This document shows, piece by piece, positions 1-10,034 of a DNA stretch of 64,000 nt. How positions within the stretch are numbered: the stretch's first letter is position 1; each line of letters begins with the position of its first letter. Origin of the DNA: Accumulibacter sp. (lineage in GTDB: Bacteria > Pseudomonadota > Gammaproteobacteria > Burkholderiales > Rhodocyclaceae); assembly GCF_036625275.1 (NCBI RefSeq), contig NZ_JAZKUD010000006.1, forward strand, positions 11,716 to 75,715, in the 5' to 3' direction. The notes beneath the pieces were generated by a model. It was not told the origin of the DNA and searched no databases. It saw only the letters and a list, made by a program, of their open reading frames with translations. The translations under genes and the position numbers were made by a program.

Positions 1-1
1 C

Positions 2-1111
2 AACGCCCGGCAACTGATTCACGATAACGAAGTGCTGATTGTCGATGGCACGCGTGGCGTCCTGATCGTCAACCCCGATCCGCGCATTCTCGAAGAATAC
101 CGGCTCAGAAAGAGCCAGATCGAGCTTGAACGGATCAAGCTAAGACGGCTCAAGACGGCGAAGTCGGTGACCCTCGACGGCGTCGACATCGATCTGCAGG
201 CCAACATCGAGTTGCCAGGTGACGTAGCCGCAGCGCTCGACGGCGGTGCCGAAGGGATTGGCCTGTTTCGCACCGAGTTCATCTTTCTCAATCGCGGCGA
301 CATGCCGACCGAGGACGAACAGTTCGAAGCCTATCGTACGGTCGTCAAGGGCATGGGTGGCCGGCCGGTCACCATCCGCACCTTCGATCTCGGCTCCGAC
401 AAGGATCTCCATCCGGAAAAGGTGCAGGGCGAGCGACTGCAAAGCAATCCGGCGCTCGGGCTACGCGCGATTCGCCTGTCGCTCGCCGAGCCAAAGATGT
501 TCCAGACACAGTTACGGGCCATCCTGCGCGCTTCGAAGTACGGCAAGATCAAGCTCCTGATCCCGATGCTTTCGCAGGCGCACGAAATCGATCAGACACT
601 GGCAGCGGTCGAGCGGGCCAAGTCGAGTCTGCGCGGCGAACGCATTCCCTTCGATGAGACGATTCAGGTCGGCGCGATGATCGAGATCCCGGCCGCCGCA
701 CTGGCCGTCGGCCTGTTTCTGCGGCGCATGCATTTTCTGTCGATCGGCACCAACGACCTGATCCAGTACACGCTGGCCATCGATCGCAGCGATGAAGAGG
801 TCGCACCGCTCTATGATCCCCTGCATCCGGCCGTATTGATGCTGTTGGCGCATACTATGGCGAGTGCCGAAAAGATGTATATCCCGGTTTCGATCTGCGG
901 CGAACTCGCCGGTGACCCGACCCTGACGCGGCTGCTGCTGGGGATGGGGCTGCGCCAGTTCTCGATGCATCCGGCACAGATCCTCTCGGTCAAGCAGAAG
1001 ATCATGCAGAGTAATTGCGCCGAGCTGGCGCCGATCGTTCGCCGCCTGTTGCGCCATGAGGAACCGGCGAAGATTCGCGAGCAACTGGAGAAGCTCAACA
1101 GTTGCGTATGA
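2..1111 (+). CDS. ptsI: PEP-protein phosphotransferase (PTS enzyme I), 5'-truncated by window edge
   Basis: Motifs GIGLFRTEF, RTFDLGSDK, NPALGLRAIR, SIGTNDLIQY and ICGELAGD. The frame is open to the window start. Confidence 0.97.
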   Translation, partial: NARQLIHDNEVLIVDGTRGVLIVNPDPRILEEYRLRKSQIELERIKLRRLKTAKSVTLDGVDIDLQANIELPGDVAAALDGGAEGIGLFRTEFIFLNRGDMPTEDEQFEAYRTVVKGMGGRPVTIRTFDLGSDKDLHPEKVQGERLQSNPALGLRAIRLSLAEPKMFQTQLRAILRASKYGKIKLLIPMLSQAHEIDQTLAAVERAKSSLRGERIPFDETIQVGAMIEIPAAALAVGLFLRRMHFLSIGTNDLIQYTLAIDRSDEEVAPLYDPLHPAVLMLLAHTMASAEKMYIPVSICGELAGDPTLTRLLLGMGLRQFSMHPAQILSVKQKIMQSNCAELAPIVRRLLRHEEPAKIREQLEKLNSCV

Positions 1112-1136
1112 ATTCATTTTTTTCCTGCCACCGAAC

Positions 1137-1260
1137 GGTCATGACTTTTCCAAGCACCCCCGATCATCAAAGCCATGACCGTTTCCCTCTCCCCCGACCC
1201 CTCCCCCACAAGTGGGGAGGGGAGATTCGTGAGTCGCTGACGCGGCTTGCACATTAAACG
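1137..1260 (+). repeat. ~125-bp intergenic three-hairpin repeat, copy 1
   Basis: Near-identical inverted copy at 8364-8488 and partial copy at 20874-20909. Internal stems: GGTCATGACTTT..AAAGCCATGACC, CCCCTCCCC..GGGGAGGGG and AGTCGC..GCG(G/A)CT. Confidence 0.85.
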
Positions 1261-1266
1261 ATCACG

Positions 1267-2394
1267 ATGTCACCTGAGAATTCAGTCGGAGTCGTTGCGC
1301 CTCGGCGAGCGCAATTCAACGAGCCGCTGCGGCTGCAGAGCGGTGCCGAGTTGCCGGGTTTCGAACTGGTTTTCGAAACCTATGGCACGCTCAACGCCGA
1401 TCACACCAACGCCGTGCTGGTCTGCCATGCCCTTTCCGGTAGCCACCATGTCGCCGGCCACTATGCGGACGATCCGGAGAACGTCGGCTGGTGGGATAAC
1501 CTCGTCGGTCCAGGTAAACCGCTCGACACCAGAAAATTCTTCGTGATCGGGGTCAACAACCTCGGTGGCTGCTACGGGTCAACCGGACCCCTGTCGATCA
1601 ATCCGGAAAGTGGCAAGCGCTACGGCGCCGATTTTCCGCTGGTGACGGTCGAGGACTGGGTCGCAGCGCAGGCTCGCCTGGCCGATCATCTCGGCGTGCA
1701 CACCTGGGCTGCGGTGATTGGCGGCAGCCTCGGCGGCATGCAGGCGCTCGAATGGTCGCTGCAATTTCCCGACCGTATCCGTCATGCCATGGTGATTGCT
1801 TCGGCACCCAAACTGTCGGCGCAGAACATCGCCTTTAACGAGGTGGCGCGGCAGGCCATCCTCTCCGATCCGGATTTTCATGGAGGTTACTACGCGGATC
1901 ATGGGGTCGTTCCGACCAGGGGCTTGCGGCTGGCGAGAATGGTCGCTCACATCACCTATCTGTCGGATACGCAGATGGCCGAGAAATTCGGTCGTCAGTT
2001 GCGCCATGGCGAGCACAAGTTCAGTTACGAGGTCGATTTCGAGATCGAGTCCTATCTGCGCTATCAGGGCAACAAGTTTGCCGGTTTCTTCGACGCCAAC
2101 ACCTATCTGATGATGACCAAGGCGCTCGACTACTTCGATCCCGCCTATGACTACGACGGCAATCTGGCCGCTGCGCTGGCATGCGCCAAGGCCAGCTTCT
2201 TTGTCGCCAGTTTTTCGACCGACTGGCGTTTCGCACCAGCGCGTTCGCGTGAGATCGTCTTTGCGCTGTTGCACAATCGCCGGCGCGTCGTTTACGCGGA
2301 GATCGACTGCGGTGCCGGGCACGACTCGTTTCTGCTCGACGACCCCCACTATCACGCGCTGCTGCGTGCCTATCTGGAGAACATTGCGGTATGA
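1267..2394 (+). CDS. metX: Homoserine O-acyltransferase
   Basis: [21 protein letters not shown] nucleophile elbow and GHDSFLL; adjacent to metW. Confidence 0.97.
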   Translation: MSPENSVGVVAPRRAQFNEPLRLQSGAELPGFELVFETYGTLNADHTNAVLVCHALSGSHHVAGHYADDPENVGWWDNLVGPGKPLDTRKFFVIGVNNLGGCYGSTGPLSINPESGKRYGADFPLVTVEDWVAAQARLADHLGVHTWAAVIGGSLGGMQALEWSLQFPDRIRHAMVIASAPKLSAQNIAFNEVARQAILSDPDFHGGYYADHGVVPTRGLRLARMVAHITYLSDTQMAEKFGRQLRHGEHKFSYEVDFEIESYLRYQGNKFAGFFDANTYLMMTKALDYFDPAYDYDGNLAAALACAKASFFVASFSTDWRFAPARSREIVFALLHNRRRVVYAEIDCGAGHDSFLLDDPHYHALLRAYLENIAV

Positions 2395-3014
2395 CCGAGC
2401 ATGAGCGGAGAGTCAGGGCCGAGCAGCGGGAGCGCTTCGACTTTGCGGTGATCGCCCACTGGATTCCGCCTGGCGAGCGCGTTCTCGACCTGGGTTGCGG
2501 TGACGGCAGACTGCTGCGCTATCTGAACGAAACTCGGGAGGTCAGTGGCTACGGTGTCGAAATCGACCACGACAGTATCCTGGGCTGTATCCGCAACGGG
2601 GTTGACGTGATCCAGATGGACATCGAGTGCGGACTGTCCGGCTTTGAGGACGAATCTTTCGAGCACGTGATCATCTCACAGGCGCTGCAGACGATGCGCG
2701 CCACCGAGCGCATCCTCACCGAGATGCTGCGCGTTGCGGCAGAAGCAGTGGTCAGCTTCCCCAATTTCGCTTACCGTGCCAACCGGGTTGCGATCAGCGA
2801 GGGACATATGCCGGTCTCCGAAGACCTGCCCTATGACTGGTTCGATACCCCGAACGTGCGTTTTTTCACGATTGTTGACTTCGAAAATTTGTGTCGCCGG
2901 CTCGACATCGAGATTCGCGAACGTCTGGCCTTTGACGAAGCCGGATGTGAGGTCCGCGAAGATCCCAATCTCAACGGCAGTCTCGCCTTCTATCGCCTCG
3001 GACGCAGACCCTGA
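2391..3014 (+). CDS. metW: Methionine biosynthesis protein MetW
   Basis: SAM motif [16 protein letters not shown] and [10 protein letters not shown]; overlaps the metX stop. Confidence 0.95.
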   Translation: MTEHERRVRAEQRERFDFAVIAHWIPPGERVLDLGCGDGRLLRYLNETREVSGYGVEIDHDSILGCIRNGVDVIQMDIECGLSGFEDESFEHVIISQALQTMRATERILTEMLRVAAEAVVSFPNFAYRANRVAISEGHMPVSEDLPYDWFDTPNVRFFTIVDFENLCRRLDIEIRERLAFDEAGCEVREDPNLNGSLAFYRLGRRP

Positions 3015-4273
3015 TGCCTGCCTGGCTACGCCTGCTGCTGACCAGGCGGATGCTGATCTGCGTGTTTACCGGTTTCAGCTCGGGTTTGCCGCTGTACCTG
3101 CTGCTCAATCTGCTGCCGGCGTGGTTGCGCAGCGAGGGCGTGGATCTCAGAACCATCGGTCTGTTCGCGTTGATCCAGTTTCCTTACACCTGGAAATTCA
3201 TCTGGGCGCCGCTGCTGGATCGTTATCGCCTGCCTTTGGGTCGCCGGCGCGGCTGGATGCTGTTCTCGCAGCTCGGCCTGCTCCTGTCGATTGGTCTGCT
3301 CGGAGGATTCTCGCCGTCGAGCAATCTGACGCCGGTGATCTGGCTATCGGTGATACTGGCTTTCCTGTCGGCGACGCAGGATGTCGCGCTCGATGCGTTT
3401 CGGCGTGAAATCCTCAGCGATCAGGAACTCGGTCTGGGTAATTCGGTGCATGTCAATGCCTACCGGATCGCCGGGCTGGTGCCGGGATCGCTGTCGCTGA
3501 TCCTCGCCGACCTGTTGCCCTGGGGGCAGGTCTTCTGGATCACCGCAGCCTTCCTGTTGCCGGGGATGTTGATGGTCTTGCTGGTCAGCGAACCGGCCGT
3601 GCTCGGGGCGCCGAAAACCTTGCGCCAGGCGGTGGTCGAACCGTTTCATGAGTTCATCGGTCGTCAGGGCTGGCGGGGTGCGTTGCTGGTGCTCGGCTTC
3701 ATTTTTCTGTACAAGCTTGGCGATTCGCTGGCGACCGCCCTGGCAACGCCGTTTTATCTGGATCTGGGCTTCAGCAAGACCGATGTCGGCGTGATTGCCA
3801 AGCATGCCGGACTCTGGCCGGCGGTATTCGGCGGTCTGCTGGGTGGTTTGTGGATGGTTCGTCTGGGGATCAACCGCGCGCTATGGCTGTTTGGCCTGGT
3901 TCAGATGGTGACCATCCTCGGCTTCGCCTGGCTGGCCTGGCGTGGCGTACAGGCACCTGTCGGCGCGCTTGACCGGGCCGCGCTGGCCGCCGTGATTGCC
4001 GCCGAGTGCCTGGGCGTTGGCCTGGGTACTGCCGCTTTCGTCGCCTTTATCGCGCGTGCCACCCATCCGGCCTTCACGGCGACCCAGTTTGCGCTGTTTA
4101 CCAGCCTGGCCGCCGTTCCCCGAACCTTCATCAACGCCACGGCGGGCGCACTGGTCGAGTCGCTGGGCTGGGTCAGCTTCTTCATCCTGTGTTTTCTGCT
4201 TGCCGCGCCGGGCATGTTGTTGCTGCTGAAGGTTGCACCATGGAACGAACTTCACCCATCGCCGCGACACTGA
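3014..4273 (+). CDS. ampG: AmpG family muropeptide MFS transporter
   Basis: GFSSGLP, PYTWKFIWAPLLD, SATQDVALDA, YKLGD and ATQFALFTSL; multiple hydrophobic segments. Confidence 0.92.
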   Translation: MPAWLRLLLTRRMLICVFTGFSSGLPLYLLLNLLPAWLRSEGVDLRTIGLFALIQFPYTWKFIWAPLLDRYRLPLGRRRGWMLFSQLGLLLSIGLLGGFSPSSNLTPVIWLSVILAFLSATQDVALDAFRREILSDQELGLGNSVHVNAYRIAGLVPGSLSLILADLLPWGQVFWITAAFLLPGMLMVLLVSEPAVLGAPKTLRQAVVEPFHEFIGRQGWRGALLVLGFIFLYKLGDSLATALATPFYLDLGFSKTDVGVIAKHAGLWPAVFGGLLGGLWMVRLGINRALWLFGLVQMVTILGFAWLAWRGVQAPVGALDRAALAAVIAAECLGVGLGTAAFVAFIARATHPAFTATQFALFTSLAAVPRTFINATAGALVESLGWVSFFILCFLLAAPGMLLLLKVAPWNELHPSPRH

Positions 4274-4971
4274 TCGCTGCCGCCCGGCAGTTGTCCGACA
4301 GTCTTTCGACGCTGACCTTCTCGCCGCCGGTCAGCCACGTCTACAATCCGTTGATTTACGCTTGGTCAGCGCACGAGTTGTACCTGCGTCGCTATGGCGC
4401 AAGTACCCGGCGGGTGGTCTTTCTGGGAATGAATCCGGGTCCCTTCGGGATGGTCCAATGCGGCGTGCCTTTCGGGGAAGTCGCAGCAGTGCGCGACTGG
4501 TTGGGGATCGAGGCCGCAGTGCTGAAACCGGCGGTCGAGAACCCCCGGCGACCGATCGAAGGTTTTGCCTGCGCACGCTCCGAGGTCAGCGGGCGGCGTC
4601 TGTGGGGATTATTCCGCGAGCGCTTCGGTTCTGCCGACGCTTTTTTTGCCGAGCACTTCGTCGCCAACTATTGCCCGCTGGCCTTTTTCGATCAGGCTCG
4701 CAATCTGACTCCCGACAGGCTGCCGGCAACTGAAGCGGTTGCGCTGCGGGTGGCTTGCGATGCGCACCTGAAAACGCTGGTTTCTGTCTTGCGGCCCGAA
4801 TGGGTGATCGGCGTCGGTGCTTTTGCCGAGACGCGGGCAGCCGCAGCGCTGACCGGGACGCAGGTCAGGACCGCTCGCGTGCTGCATCCGAGTCCCGCGA
4901 GCCCGCTGGCGAATCAGGGTTGGGCGGCAGCGGCGACCCGGCAATTGGTCGAGCTGGGTATCTGGGAGTGA
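4240..4971 (+). CDS. SMUG1-type uracil-DNA glycosylase (UDG family 3)
   Basis: VYNPLIYAW, FLGMNPGPFGM, GVPFG, SEVSGRRLW and HPSPASP. ATG at 4240 chosen over the ORF-track start. Confidence 0.9.
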   Translation: MERTSPIAATLIAAARQLSDSLSTLTFSPPVSHVYNPLIYAWSAHELYLRRYGASTRRVVFLGMNPGPFGMVQCGVPFGEVAAVRDWLGIEAAVLKPAVENPRRPIEGFACARSEVSGRRLWGLFRERFGSADAFFAEHFVANYCPLAFFDQARNLTPDRLPATEAVALRVACDAHLKTLVSVLRPEWVIGVGAFAETRAAAALTGTQVRTARVLHPSPASPLANQGWAAAATRQLVELGIWE

Positions 4972-5059
4972 CCGGGAGACTCTTCAGGTAGCCGGTGAGG
5001 GGAGGGCAGACAAGGGAAGGGATGCGATTCCCTGATTCGATTGGCGTGGCAAGGGATGC

Positions 5060-5365
5060 TCAGGCCGAGATCCCGATCTGTTTGCGCAGCATGCGCCAGG
5101 TGCGCCAAACGAAAAAAACTCGCTGGCTCCATCGCCAGACGCGACGCGGTTGCAGCACGACCAGCACAGCGACGCCGACGGCGACCATTTCCGGGTGTTG
5201 TTTGATGTAATCACTGCTCTGGCGAATGCCGGCAATGGTTCGGTCGGCTCTGGCCAGACCTGTGCCCAGCGGTTGCAGTTGCTGGCCAAGGAGTTGGCGC
5301 TGGCTGCTGATACGTTCGATCAGTCTGCCGCGCTCAATGGCCAGGTCAATCAGCTCTTGGTTCAT
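5060..5365 (-). CDS. YqjK family protein
   Basis: Third gene of an elaB/yqjD-yqjE-yqjK-like cluster; pattern R.RL...I..QR..L followed by a hydrophobic segment. Confidence 0.75.
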   Translation of the reverse strand: MNQELIDLAIERGRLIERISSQRQLLGQQLQPLGTGLARADRTIAGIRQSSDYIKQHPEMVAVGVAVLVVLQPRRVWRWSQRVFFVWRTWRMLRKQIGISA

Positions 5366-5756
5366 GGCTGGCAGAGCCTTTCATCTGGCGAAGATCCTCT
5401 GCGAGTTCGGCAACGCTGGCCGCGAAGGGTTGATGGCGGGTGCGCAGCGAACGTCGCAGGGCCGCGTAGGCAAACCCTCCGCTGGCCAGGGAAATGACAG
5501 TGAAGGCGCTCAACAGGAGCACCCGGTTTTCCCAGAACACGACGACCAGCAAGGTGATTGCCAGGATCGTGCCGACCATCAGGGAAAACGCCACAACTTG
5601 CGACAGGAGCAGGACACGGACGGCACGCAGCTTTTCTTCCTTGAGGTCGTTGCCCAGGAGTTCGAGGCGCGTGCGTCCGATGGCCAGCAGGGTGGCGGCA
5701 CCGTTCCTGGTGGCCGCCAGCAGGCCGCCGCTTGCGCTGCCTGGTGTCTCGCTCAT
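5346..5756 (-). CDS. YqjE / phage holin family membrane protein
   Basis: TRLELL..DL.EEK motif, two TM segments, and position in the cluster. Confidence 0.8.
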   Translation of the reverse strand: MSETPGSASGGLLAATRNGAATLLAIGRTRLELLGNDLKEEKLRAVRVLLLSQVVAFSLMVGTILAITLLVVVFWENRVLLLSAFTVISLASGGFAYAALRRSLRTRHQPFAASVAELAEDLRQMKGSASHEPRAD

Positions 5757-5779
5757 GACTGTCAGACGGTTGCGGTTGA

Positions 5780-6100
5780 TTAGCGACGACCGATGATCAC
5801 TCCGAGCAGCAGACCAACGGCTGCAGCAACGCCGACAGCACGCCAGGGATTTTCGTGCACGAAGTCGTCAGTGGCGCGCGCCGCGGCCTTGGTGCGGTCG
5901 ACCAGAGCCGCTTCGGCATCTGCCAGGCGGAGCTTGGCGTCGCGCAGCCGCTCGCCGATGCGTTCGCGCAGATCGCCCATTTTGTCGCCGGCAACGCCAG
6001 CGGTGGCACGCAGGATTTCTTCTGCGTCGGCAACGACGACCTTCATGTCGGAGACGAGTTTTTGTTTGCTGGCGGCGGAAAGTTCGGTAACTTCGGACAT
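5780..6100 (-). CDS. ElaB/YqjD (DUF883) membrane-anchored ribosome-binding protein
   Basis: C-terminal TDDFVHENPWRAVGVAAAVGLLLGVIIGRR; start placed at MSEVTEL. Confidence 0.9.
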   Translation of the reverse strand: MSEVTELSAASKQKLVSDMKVVVADAEEILRATAGVAGDKMGDLRERIGERLRDAKLRLADAEAALVDRTKAAARATDDFVHENPWRAVGVAAAVGLLLGVIIGRR

Positions 6101-6270
6101 GATGAACCTCACAGGGGAAAGTGATGGCAGGAATGGCGAGGGTGCAGGGGCAAACCTCAACGAAGTTCCCAGATTATAGAAATCACTCGCGGAGAGCAAT
6201 CCATAAAAGCTGTTGCGCTGCACCAGGACCTCCGTTCCGGGCAGGCGCCAGCTCGCTCTCGTCGATCGGT

Positions 6271-7053
6271 CTACAGTGAATAGTCATAATCGATGGTCAA
6301 GGGTGCATGGTCGCTGAACCGTTGCTCCTTGTAGACCGATGCGCTGCGGGCCTTGCCGGTGATCGCGGCCGTCGCCAGTTGATAGTCGAGCCGCCAACCG
6401 ACGTTCTTTGCCCAGGCCTGACCACGGTTCGACCACCAGGTGTACGACTCGCCCGTGCTGTCGGGGTACAGACTGCGGTATACGTCGCACCAGCCGCCTT
6501 CGTCGAGCAATCGGCTTACCCAGGCACGCTCCTCGGGCAGAAATCCGGAGTTTCTGCGGTTGCCTCGCCAGTTACGGAGGTCAATTTCCTGATGGGCGAT
6601 ATTCCAGTCGCCTCCGATGATGATGTCGCGCCCGCTCGATGCAAGTTCGACGAGATGCGGATAGATCAGGGCCATGAATCGGAATTTCGCTGCCTGCCGT
6701 TGCTCGGAACTGGAACCCGAGGGCTGATAAAGCGAGATGATCGAGAGATTCCCGAAATCAGCACGCAAATAGCGCCCTTCGCGGTCAAATTCGTCGCTTC
6801 CCAGTTCGTCGAATAGCCGCTCCGGTCTGTGGCGGGACCATAGACCGACGCCGCTGTAGCCCTTTTTCTCGGCGCAGCGATAGTAGGCATGGAAGCCCTC
6901 GGGGGCTTGCATGGTTTCGCAGAGATCCGCCGCATGTGCCTTGATCTCCTGGAGGCAGATGATATCCGGATTGTGGGCCCTGGCCCAGGGGAGAAATCCC
7001 TTGCGCCATGCCGAACGAATACCGTTGAGGTTCAACGTAATGATGCGTAACAT
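6271..7053 (-). CDS. xth: Exodeoxyribonuclease III (AP endonuclease)
   Basis: NLNGIRSA, CLQEIK, KKGYSGVG, GDWNIAH, GWRLDY and SDHAP. Confidence 0.97.
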   Translation of the reverse strand: MLRIITLNLNGIRSAWRKGFLPWARAHNPDIICLQEIKAHAADLCETMQAPEGFHAYYRCAEKKGYSGVGLWSRHRPERLFDELGSDEFDREGRYLRADFGNLSIISLYQPSGSSSEQRQAAKFRFMALIYPHLVELASSGRDIIIGGDWNIAHQEIDLRNWRGNRRNSGFLPEERAWVSRLLDEGGWCDVYRSLYPDSTGESYTWWSNRGQAWAKNVGWRLDYQLATAAITGKARSASVYKEQRFSDHAPLTIDYDYSL

Positions 7054-7095
7054 AGAGGGTCGATGCCCGAAGCGGCTTTCATCCGAGATTGGTTT

Positions 7096-7743
7096 ATGGA
7101 CTTTCGTCAGGAATTCATCGAGTTTGCCGTCGCTCAGGAGGTGCTGCGTTTTGGCAGTTTCACGACCAAGGCGGGACGGCTTTCACCCTACTTTTTCAAC
7201 GCCGGCCTGTTCAACAACGGCGTGGCACTGGGTCGTCTGGCGGAATTCTACGCGCAGGCGATCATCGCCGGTGGGATCGTCGTCGATGGCCTGTTCGGGC
7301 CGGCGTACAAGGGCATCCCGCTGGTGGCTGCGATCGCCGTTGCCCTGGCACGGACAGGGCGCAACCTGCCGTTCTCGTTCAATCGCAAGGAGGCCAAGGA
7401 TCACGGCGAAGGCGGTAGCATCGTTGGTGCGCCATTGGCTGGTCGCGTGCTGATCATCGACGACGTGATCAGCGCCGGCACCTCGATTCGCGAATCGGTG
7501 GCGCTGATCCGTGCTGCCGGTGCTTCACCCTGTGGCGTGGTCATCGCGCTGGATCGCATGGAGCGCGGCAGCGGTGAAAGGTCGGCGGTGCAGGAAGTCG
7601 AACAGGATTATGGTATTCCGGTGCTGGCCGTCGCCAACCTCGACGATCTGATGAGCTTTCTTCGGGAGCATCCGGATTTCAGACAGCACGAGGTTGCGAT
7701 GGCGCATTACAGACAGGCATACGGCCTTGCACGCGGCAGTTAG
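7096..7743 (+). CDS. pyrE: Orotate phosphoribosyltransferase
   Basis: GRLSPYFFNAG, FGPAYKGIP, RKEAKDHGEGG and IIDDVISAGTS. Confidence 0.97.
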   Translation: MDFRQEFIEFAVAQEVLRFGSFTTKAGRLSPYFFNAGLFNNGVALGRLAEFYAQAIIAGGIVVDGLFGPAYKGIPLVAAIAVALARTGRNLPFSFNRKEAKDHGEGGSIVGAPLAGRVLIIDDVISAGTSIRESVALIRAAGASPCGVVIALDRMERGSGERSAVQEVEQDYGIPVLAVANLDDLMSFLREHPDFRQHEVAMAHYRQAYGLARGS

Positions 7744-8350
7744 CTATGCTCTCCTGCTGCTGGCGTTGACCGGCGGGGATGCGAGCTTTGCCGCCGCTTC
7801 GATCTTCTGTTGCACGGATGAACAGGGTAGGCCGGTGTGTGGCGACGTTTTGCCGCCGGCCTGTTATACGCGTGCCTATCGCGAGCTGGGTACTTCCGGT
7901 CGGGCACGGACTGTCGAGGCGCCGCTGACTGCCGAGCAGCGAGCCCAGCGTGCCGCCGAGGAAAAACGGCGTAGCGAGCAGGAACGGGCGCTCAAGGAGC
8001 AGCGGCGCAAGGATCAGGCCCTGCTCAATACCTATGGCAGTGAAAAAGATATCGAAGTCATGCGTAGCCGCGCCGAGCGAGACCTGAATGCAGCGATTCA
8101 GGCGGCGCAGGACAGGATCACGGAGATCCGCAGGTTGCGCAAGAAGTTCGAGGATGAAGCCGAGTTCTACAGAAACCGGCAGTTGCCGGCAGACGTGGCC
8201 AAGGGCCTGCGTGATGCTGATCAGGAGATCAGGGCACAGGAGTCGGTCATCGAGTCCAAGAAAAAAGACCAGGAAACGATTCGGCAGAAGTACGACGAGG
8301 ATCTGCGCCGCTTTGTCGAACTTTCGAAGCGGCCACCGGTGCGGCCCTGA
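7694..8350 (+). CDS. Exported DUF4124-like protein with coiled coil (start uncertain)
   Basis: Signal-like N-terminus, C.D..G....GD..P..C motif and DQALLNTY.SE.DI motif. Confidence 0.75.
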   Translation: MRWRITDRHTALHAAVSYALLLLALTGGDASFAAASIFCCTDEQGRPVCGDVLPPACYTRAYRELGTSGRARTVEAPLTAEQRAQRAAEEKRRSEQERALKEQRRKDQALLNTYGSEKDIEVMRSRAERDLNAAIQAAQDRITEIRRLRKKFEDEAEFYRNRQLPADVAKGLRDADQEIRAQESVIESKKKDQETIRQKYDEDLRRFVELSKRPPVRP

Positions 8351-8363
8351 GTGGTGTGCTTGA

Positions 8364-8488
8364 CCGTTAATGTGAAAGTCGCGTATGCGACTCACGAACC
8401 TCCCAACCCCTCCTCGCGGGGGAGGGGTTGGGAGAGAAGGAAACGGTCATGACTTTCATGATCGGGGTGCCTGGAAAAGTCATGACCA
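8364..8488 (-). repeat. ~125-bp intergenic three-hairpin repeat, copy 2 (inverted)
   Basis: Reverse complement aligns with 1137-1260; lies between convergent genes. Confidence 0.85.
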
Positions 8489-9940
8489 TTAGCCGAGTTT
8501 CCTGCGCAGCAGGTCGCTGACGCGCTGTGGGTTGGCCTGGCCGCGCGTCGCTTTCATGACCTGACCGACCAGTGCGTTGAAGGCCTTTTCCTTGCCGGCC
8601 CTGAATTCGGCAACCATCGCCGGGTTGGCGGCAAGCAGGTCGTCGAGCAACCTTTCCAGAGAGCCGCTGTCACTGATCTGCTGCAGGCCCTGCCGGGCAA
8701 TGATCTCGTCTGCCGAACTGCCCTCGCCGTTCCACAGGGAATCGAAAACCTTTCTGGCGATATTGGTCGAGATCGTGCCGTCGCCAATGCGGGCGATCAG
8801 GCCGCCGAGTTGTTCTGCCGAGACCGGCGATTCGCCGATTTCGCGGTCTTCCTTGTTGAGGCGGGCGGCCAGGTCGACCATGACCCAGTTGGCGCAGCTT
8901 TTGGCGTTTGCCTTGCCGGCCATGGCTACGGTGGCTTCGTAGTAGCCGACCAGTTCAAGCGAACTGGTCAGAACCCTGGCGTCATAGGCGGAAAGCCCGT
9001 GGTCGGCCATCAGGCGCTCGCGTTTGGCGGTTGGCAACTCGGGCAGTTGTGCACGAATCTGCTCGACCCATGGGCGATCGATAACCAGCGGCAGCAAATC
9101 CGGATCGGGGAAGTATCGGTAATCGTGGGCATCTTCCTTCGAACGCATGGCGCGTGTTTCACCGCTGACCGGATCGAACAGGACCGTTGCCTGCTCGATT
9201 CTGCCGCCATCTTCAAGGGTGGCGATCTGCCACTGCACCTCGTAATCGATGGCTTGCTGCATGAAGCGGAAGGAGTTCAGATTCTTGATTTCCCGGCGAG
9301 TACCGAAATGCGGCTGGCCGACGGGGCGTACCGAGACGTTGGCATCACAACGGAAGGAGCCCTCCTGCATGTTGCCATCACAGATGCCGATCCAGCGCAC
9401 GAGCGCGTGCAAGGCTCGGGCATAGGCGACCGCTTCGGCGGAAGAACGCATGTCGGGTTCGGTGACGATTTCCAGCAAGGGTGTTCCGGCACGGTTGAGA
9501 TCGATTCCCGAGTGCTCCCGGAAATGCGGCCCCAATCCTTCATGCAGGGACTTGCCGGCATCCTCCTCGAGGTGGGCGCGGGTCAGGGAAACCGTCTTTT
9601 CGCTTTCGCCGACCTGAATCGCCAGCTTGCCGCCCAGCACCACCGGCGACTCGTATTGGCTGATCTGATAACCCTTGGGGAGATCCGGATAGAAGTAGTT
9701 CTTGCGTGCAAAGACCGAGTGCCGGGCAATTTCGGCACCGACCGCGAGGCCAAAGCGAATTGCGCAGACTACGGCGCCCCTGTTCAGCACCGGCAGGACG
9801 CCAGGCAGGGCGATGTCGACCGCGTTCGCCTGGATGTTGGGGGCGGCACCAAAGGCAGTCGAACTGCCCGAGAAAATCTTGGCCTGGGTAGACAACTGCG
9901 CGTGCGTTTCGATACCAATGACGACTTCCCACTGTTTCAT
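8489..9940 (-). CDS. gatB: Asp/Glu-tRNA amidotransferase subunit B
   Basis: [35 protein letters not shown] and [10 protein letters not shown]; start at MKQWEV. Confidence 0.97.
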   Translation of the reverse strand: MKQWEVVIGIETHAQLSTQAKIFSGSSTAFGAAPNIQANAVDIALPGVLPVLNRGAVVCAIRFGLAVGAEIARHSVFARKNYFYPDLPKGYQISQYESPVVLGGKLAIQVGESEKTVSLTRAHLEEDAGKSLHEGLGPHFREHSGIDLNRAGTPLLEIVTEPDMRSSAEAVAYARALHALVRWIGICDGNMQEGSFRCDANVSVRPVGQPHFGTRREIKNLNSFRFMQQAIDYEVQWQIATLEDGGRIEQATVLFDPVSGETRAMRSKEDAHDYRYFPDPDLLPLVIDRPWVEQIRAQLPELPTAKRERLMADHGLSAYDARVLTSSLELVGYYEATVAMAGKANAKSCANWVMVDLAARLNKEDREIGESPVSAEQLGGLIARIGDGTISTNIARKVFDSLWNGEGSSADEIIARQGLQQISDSGSLERLLDDLLAANPAMVAEFRAGKEKAFNALVGQVMKATRGQANPQRVSDLLRRKLG

Positions 9941-10034
9941 CACTGCTGACTCTTTCTTCAAGAAGCGTTGGCGAAGTACCTGCCGGTACTGGCCGGAAAA
10001 GGGCACGCCGACGGCGTGTGCAGACTGCCGTGCC

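Noticed and set aside
5346-5756. Phage holin indicating a prophage remnant
   Set aside because: Belongs to the conserved chromosomal yqjD-yqjE-yqjK cluster.
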